Part shown: positions 59,216 through 64,000 of the stretch, one piece after another
Layout: every line of letters starts with the position of its first letter
Position numbering within the stretch: position 1 is the first letter of the stretch
NCBI GenBank assembly: GCA_021803465.1
Contig: JAJZLL010000062.1
Location: 1,287 to 65,286 of the forward strand
DNA from: a bacterium
Lineage (GTDB): Bacteria; Chloroflexota; Dormibacteria; Aeolococcales; Aeolococcaceae
DNA length: 64,000 nt
Direction: 5' to 3'
The notes under the pieces: generated by a model
What the model saw: the letters and a program-made list of their open reading frames with translations, nothing else
Databases searched by the model: none
Told to the model about the DNA's origin: nothing
Position numbers and translations under genes: made by a program

Positions 59216-59801
59216 TGTGGGGATCAGCCGCGTTGTTGGACTTGGGAACTTTGGAGCGAAGTATGCCCAGACACGCCACAACATTGCCTGGCTCATTCTT
59301 GTCGCGCTCGAATCCCGGGGTGCGTTTGGCGGGGAACGCAGAAAGACGCTCTATGGTATTCGTGAGGGGGTTGTGGAGGGGATCACGCTCATGACAGTGC
59401 GTCCCTACACGTACATGAACAGCAGTGGGGATGGTGTGCGGGCTATGCTTCGTGACACGAGGAGCAACCTCGATTCCGTAGTCATTGTCCATGACGATCT
59501 TGACCTGCCATTTGGCAGACTTCGCATCAGGAAGGGGGGGAGTTCGGGGGGACAGCGTGGGGTGCAATCACTCATCGAAAGGCTCGGGACCAAGGAATTC
59601 ATCCGCCTGCGAGTTGGCATTGGACGGCCACCATCGGGCATGGATCCAGTGGACTATGTCCTTCACACCTTCACGGAAGCAGAGTGGCAGCAGATTCCAT
59701 CCGTGCTTGAACGTGCTGCTGATGGCATTCTCGCCCTTGCACGTGATGGACTCGAGACGGCAATGAACCATTTCAACAGAGATGTGCGGCAGGAGGTGTG
59801 A
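59205..59801 (+). CDS. pth: peptidyl-tRNA hydrolase
   Basis: VVGLGNFGAKYAQTRHNIAW and VVIVHDDLDLPFGRLRIRKGGSSGGQRG. It overlaps the ybeY end by 11 nt. Confidence 0.92.
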   Translation: MTHDVGISRVVGLGNFGAKYAQTRHNIAWLILVALESRGAFGGERRKTLYGIREGVVEGITLMTVRPYTYMNSSGDGVRAMLRDTRSNLDSVVIVHDDLDLPFGRLRIRKGGSSGGQRGVQSLIERLGTKEFIRLRVGIGRPPSGMDPVDYVLHTFTEAEWQQIPSVLERAADGILALARDGLETAMNHFNRDVRQEV

Positions 59802-59806
59802 GCCAC

Positions 59807-62800
59807 ATGCCGGCAACTGAACGGTTTGCGCAGTACGGGAGCCATCTTCGAGGCACAAAGGGGGCTCCACTCACCATCGGGAGTGTGCCCAGGGGCGCTG
59901 TGGGATTCCTTGCGGCGGGAATTGCGTCGACGCAGGGCGGGCCGCTGCTCCTTGTCACCTCACATCCAGAGGAGGCGTACCTCGACTGTCAGCAGTGGCT
60001 GCCCGAAGAATACACTGCCTGCCTGTTTCCGCATATCGACACTCTGCCATTCGACTATCTTCCTCCATCCGAGGAAGTGGTGAAGTACCGGCTGCGCGCA
60101 CTGGAGCATCTGCTGAATGAGCCATCCTCCACAGTTGTCATCGCTCCTCCTGAGGCGCTTGTGCTGCCGACGCTCAGCCTTGATGGACTTCAGCTCACTG
60201 CACGGAAATACGAGACTGGAGCAGAGGTGCGTCGGGATGACGTAGTACGGGATCTTGTCGTTGCTGGCTATAAGCCAGCAGCCGTTGTGATGCGTCCGGG
60301 GGAGTATGTGGTGCGCGGTGGCATCCTCGATGTCTATCCTCTAGCTGCTGCATCGCCTGTACGCCTTGAATGGGATGGTAGGACGATTGGTGAGATCCGC
60401 ACCTTTCGCGTGGAAGACCAGGTCGCACGGACCCGCAGAAAGGAGGTCACACTCCTTCCCCGCAGCGAGTTCGTACTTGACAGTGCGACCCTCAGTGAGG
60501 CTCTCCGGAGACTTGGGGAACTTGATGTCTCCCACCTTCGGGATGAGGTGGCAGATGAGTGGCGCAGCGACTGCGAAACCCTAGCCCAGGGAATCCTCGA
60601 GGACAGGATGTTCAGGTTCGCGGGGTATCTCAGGGGACCATACGCAAAGGCGCTTCCCGCACTCCATCCAGAGCTCAGCATTGTTGTTGAAGGATCGCTT
60701 GAGCGGATCATGGACCGGGTGCGGAGGACAATGGCGGAGTATGAGGAGCTTGCTGAGCGTGAGATGTCCCACGGAGAGCTTCCAGTGGGGTTCGCGCTTG
60801 GCTGCGTCTCACCAGAACTTGTGCATGATCTCCTTGCAGCACGCATGACCCATGTGCTCGACCATGGTGCGTCTGTGGAGGGACAGCAGACTGTGCGCAG
60901 TGTGGGAGTGACATTCGCAGGAACGGTCGAAGACCGCATTGCAGCGCTTGCCCGTGAGGCATCGGTTCGACATGTCCTCTGCATCACACGCCAGCAGCAC
61001 CGCGTGGAAGAGCTCCTTGAGGCGAATGGCATTGCGGCAGTGGAGGTCGACTCACTGCTCGAGGTGGCAGGAACGCATGCTGGCTGCTCAATCTATGAGG
61101 GAGAGGGAAGTGAAGGCTTCGAGGCACTTCCAGACAGTCTTCTCATCTGCACTGACTTCGAACTGTTTGGCCGCCATGTCCGGCCCGAGACCATCGTGCA
61201 GCTCCGTGGACGGGGCCACCGGAGGGTCGAAACGACATCTACGCGCGGTGAAGCTACTGCTGCGACAGGGCATGCAGCACGGGAGGCGTACACCATCACC
61301 TTCCAGCCAGGGGATCTCGTTGTCCACAGGGATCATGGAATTGCGAAGTTCATCGAGATGCGGCATGTGGAGGAGCTTGGCGCGGACCACGAGTACATGG
61401 TGCTTGAGTATGCGGATGGTGACCTCGTGTTTGTGCCAGTCACACATATCGACCGCGTGGACAGGTATGTGGGAGGTGGTGGAGAGCATCCGAACCTCTC
61501 ACGTCTAGGGACCAAAGAGTGGGAGAGAACGAAGACGAAGGCCCGCCACCATGCGGAAGAGATAGCCAGGAACCTCATGGATGTGTATGCGAGAAGGGAA
61601 ATGGCCGAGGGACACCCGTTTCCTCCTGACAGCGTCTGGCAGCAGGAGCTTGAGGATGCGTTCCCGTATGAGGAAACGGAAGACCAGCTCCTTGTGCTCT
61701 CCGAGATCAAGCAGGACATGGAGGCAACACGTCCCATGGACCGCCTCGTTTGTGGTGATGTGGGGTTCGGCAAGACTGAGCTTGCTATGCGTGCAGCATT
61801 CAAGGCCGTTTCCGATGGGTACCAGGTTGCTGTTCTTGTGCCAACGACAGTCCTTGCACAGCAGCACTACCGCACCTTCACGCAGCGGCTCCGCGCGTTT
61901 CCCGTCACGATCCGGCAGCTCTCAAGACTTCGGAGCGAGCAGGAGATGGCCGAGACAGTCCGGGCAATGCGGATGGGTGCATGCGATATTGTCATCGGCA
62001 CTCACCGTCTGCTTCAAAAGGACATCGCATTCAAGAACCTCGGCCTTGTCATCATCGACGAGGAGCAGCGCTTCGGCGTGCTCCAGAAGGAGCGGTTCAA
62101 GGAGTTCCGTGTTGCAGTCGATGTGCTTTCGCTTTCTGCCACTCCCATTCCCCGGACATTGCACATGTCGCTCGCTGGGCTTCGTGATCTGTCAGTCATT
62201 CGCACCCCACCTGAGGACCGGCAGCCCATACGGACGTTTGTCACTGCGGATGATGACGATCTTGTCACTGAGGTCATCCGGCGGGAGCTTGGTCGTGGAG
62301 GACAGGTGTACTACCTCCACAACCGCGTTGCGACCATTGTGCAGGAGGCGAAGCGGGTGTCTGCCCTCGTTCCGGATGCTGCAGTGGGGGTAGCACATGG
62401 CCAGATGGATGAGACCGAACTTGCCAAGGTCATGGATGCATTCATGGCTGGCGATCTCAATGTGCTTGTCTGCACCACCATCATCGAGTCGGGCCTTGAC
62501 ATTCCCAATGTCAACACGATCATCATCCAGCAGGCGAACAGGCTTGGTCTTGCGCAGCTGTATCAGCTCCGGGGTCGGGTTGGGCGGTCTGGAAGAAGGG
62601 CGTACGCGTACCTTCTCTATCCGCCCCACACCTCACTCACAGAGCAGGCTGACAAGAGGCTCGATGCCATTGAGGAAATGCAGGATCTTGGTGCTGGCTT
62701 TTCTCTTGCCATGAAGGATCTTGAGATCCGGGGTGCTGGGAACCTCCTTGGAGAGGAGCAGCATGGCGAAATCGCAGCAGTGGGCCTGGAACTCTACAAT

Positions 62801-63352
62801 CGGCTACTCCGTCAGTCGATCCATGCGCTCAAGGGAGAGCCGCAGGAACGCGAACTTCCTGCAACGCTCCGGGTGTCGCTCCCTCTGGATGCGCATCTTC
62901 CAAAGATGTACATCACGGATGATGCTGTCAGACTCCAGTGCTACCACGAGCTCTCCGAATGCATGTCGGAGGCTGCTCTCGAACGGAAGCTTCAAGAGCT
63001 TCGCGACCGGTTTGGGCCAGTGCCTGTGGAAGTTGCAAACCTCGCGTATGTCCTCCGGGTCCGCCTCCTTGCTGCCGATCTTGGTGTCACAGGAGTGTCT
63101 GCGGAAGAGCGTGCCATCGTGGTGCAGCTTCCACAGAATCATTCGCTTCCCCACGAGGCTGTTGCACGGCAGTTTGGACGCCGTGCTGGAACTTCTCCAC
63201 ACCGCATCTGGCTCACGCTTCCTCAGGGATCCGCTGCACGTCCACAGCGGAGCGATGAGGAAGTTGACTGGCAGAAGGATCTTGTGCGGCTTCTGATGGA
63301 GCTGTCCCGTGTGGGAAGGATAGTGCAGGCGCAGGCGGAGGTGCGGGCATGA
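59807..63352 (+). CDS. mfd: transcription-repair coupling factor
   Basis: CarD-like RID domain (GDLVVHRDHGIAKF), helicase motifs GDVGFGKTE and DEEQRFG, QLRGRVGRS, and a TRG-containing C-terminus. It follows pth, as is usual. ATG 59807 is preferred over GTG 59798 on RBS spacing. Confidence 0.93.
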   Translation: MPATERFAQYGSHLRGTKGAPLTIGSVPRGAVGFLAAGIASTQGGPLLLVTSHPEEAYLDCQQWLPEEYTACLFPHIDTLPFDYLPPSEEVVKYRLRALEHLLNEPSSTVVIAPPEALVLPTLSLDGLQLTARKYETGAEVRRDDVVRDLVVAGYKPAAVVMRPGEYVVRGGILDVYPLAAASPVRLEWDGRTIGEIRTFRVEDQVARTRRKEVTLLPRSEFVLDSATLSEALRRLGELDVSHLRDEVADEWRSDCETLAQGILEDRMFRFAGYLRGPYAKALPALHPELSIVVEGSLERIMDRVRRTMAEYEELAEREMSHGELPVGFALGCVSPELVHDLLAARMTHVLDHGASVEGQQTVRSVGVTFAGTVEDRIAALAREASVRHVLCITRQQHRVEELLEANGIAAVEVDSLLEVAGTHAGCSIYEGEGSEGFEALPDSLLICTDFELFGRHVRPETIVQLRGRGHRRVETTSTRGEATAATGHAAREAYTITFQPGDLVVHRDHGIAKFIEMRHVEELGADHEYMVLEYADGDLVFVPVTHIDRVDRYVGGGGEHPNLSRLGTKEWERTKTKARHHAEEIARNLMDVYARREMAEGHPFPPDSVWQQELEDAFPYEETEDQLLVLSEIKQDMEATRPMDRLVCGDVGFGKTELAMRAAFKAVSDGYQVAVLVPTTVLAQQHYRTFTQRLRAFPVTIRQLSRLRSEQEMAETVRAMRMGACDIVIGTHRLLQKDIAFKNLGLVIIDEEQRFGVLQKERFKEFRVAVDVLSLSATPIPRTLHMSLAGLRDLSVIRTPPEDRQPIRTFVTADDDDLVTEVIRRELGRGGQVYYLHNRVATIVQEAKRVSALVPDAAVGVAHGQMDETELAKVMDAFMAGDLNVLVCTTIIESGLDIPNVNTIIIQQANRLGLAQLYQLRGRVGRSGRRAYAYLLYPPHTSLTEQADKRLDAIEEMQDLGAGFSLAMKDLEIRGAGNLLGEEQHGEIAAVGLELYNRLLRQSIHALKGEPQERELPATLRVSLPLDAHLPKMYITDDAVRLQCYHELSECMSEAALERKLQELRDRFGPVPVEVANLAYVLRVRLLAADLGVTGVSAEERAIVVQLPQNHSLPHEAVARQFGRRAGTSPHRIWLTLPQGSAARPQRSDEEVDWQKDLVRLLMELSRVGRIVQAQAEVRA

Positions 63353-64000
63353 CGAAGGTTGAAGAACTTCCTGAGGGGCCTCCACTCGAGCGCTTCCGTG
63401 CAATCATCCAGGCTCTCCTGGCACCGGATGGCTGCCCCTGGGACAGGAAGCAGACCCACCAGAGTCTGTGGCCATACCTCCGTGAGGAGACGTATGAACT
63501 CAAGGACGCCATTGATGCGCATGATGATGCGCTGCTTCTCGAGGAGCTGGGAGATGTCCTTCTGCAGGTGTTCATGCATGCAGCGCAGGCCGAATCTCGC
63601 GGTGCATTCACCATAGAGGATGTCGCAGAGCGCATCAGCGGGAAGATGATCCATCGCCATCCGCATGTCTTTGGTGCTGTGACGCTCAGTGGAGCGGATG
63701 AGGTTGTTGCCAACTGGGACGCCCTGAAATCCCAGGAGAAGGGAGGCAAGGCGACCCTTCTTGAGGGAGTGGGAGTCTCACTTCCCGCTCTCGCATATGC
63801 GGATGCGCTCATTGAAAGGACAGGCCGCAGGGGCTACGATCTGGCTGGTTCACCTGAGGATGCGCTGCTGGAGCTCAAGAGCATCCTCGAAGCGCTTGCT
63901 GCACGGAAGACTGGAGGGGTGTCACGTGAGGAGCTGGGAAGCATGCTCCTTGCCTGCGCTGTGCTTGCCCGTGCGGGAGGAGTGGATGCAGAGGAGGCCC
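63349..64000 (+). CDS. mazG: nucleoside triphosphate pyrophosphohydrolase MazG (partial, runs off the window)
   Basis: Hand translation gives MTKVEELPEGPPLERFRAIIQALLAPDGCPWDRKQTHQSLWPYLREETYELKDAI...EELGDVLLQVF...KMIHRHPHVFG. ATGA overlap with the mfd stop. It is absent from the ORF track because it is open-ended. Confidence 0.85.
   Translation, partial: MTKVEELPEGPPLERFRAIIQALLAPDGCPWDRKQTHQSLWPYLREETYELKDAIDAHDDALLLEELGDVLLQVFMHAAQAESRGAFTIEDVAERISGKMIHRHPHVFGAVTLSGADEVVANWDALKSQEKGGKATLLEGVGVSLPALAYADALIERTGRRGYDLAGSPEDALLELKSILEALAARKTGGVSREELGSMLLACAVLARAGGVDAEEA

Overview
This 64 kb window is a moderately GC-rich bacterial chromosome segment, densely packed with housekeeping genes. 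The gene order is monoderm-like (Firmicutes/Chloroflexi style): rpsT, ispE, zwf plus a ROK glucokinase, a DEAD-box helicase, tRNA-Gln, glmU-prs, corC-recO-glyQS, hutH-hutU-hutG-hutI-GNAT, ppdK, dnaG-sigA-tRNA-Asn, lepA-hemW-(CIRCE)-hrcA-grpE-dnaJ-hsp20, rsmE-mtaB-HIT, RNase Y, and rpsU-ybeY-pth-mfd-mazG. I call about 60 CDS, 2 tRNAs, one clear CIRCE operator, one probable cobalamin riboswitch, several hairpin terminators and three coding repeat or low-complexity tracts. I saw no rRNA, CRISPR array, transposase, integrase or phage genes. Many ORFs in the supplied track carry spurious N-terminal extensions, so I trimmed starts to the nearest ATG/GTG with a Shine-Dalgarno-like purine run. Adjacent genes often overlap by ATGA or GTGA, which suggests translational coupling. 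I did not find a convincing novel multi-gene system such as a defence island. The best leads are: (1) a B12-riboswitch-like leader driving a DUF4430 protein and a small polytopic membrane protein with no ABC or ECF partner; (2) a convergent pair of TP-repeat surface proteins, one with a thioester-type adhesin domain, that share an unusual TTPxTG C-terminal sorting signal; (3) a two-gene cassette of unknown function divergent from the hut operon, with a perfect 16-bp tandem duplication in the shared control region; (4) a 39-codon membrane mini-ORF, below the ORF-track cutoff, coupled to an alpha/beta hydrolase. All family assignments come from motif recognition by eye and need HMM or covariance-model confirmation.
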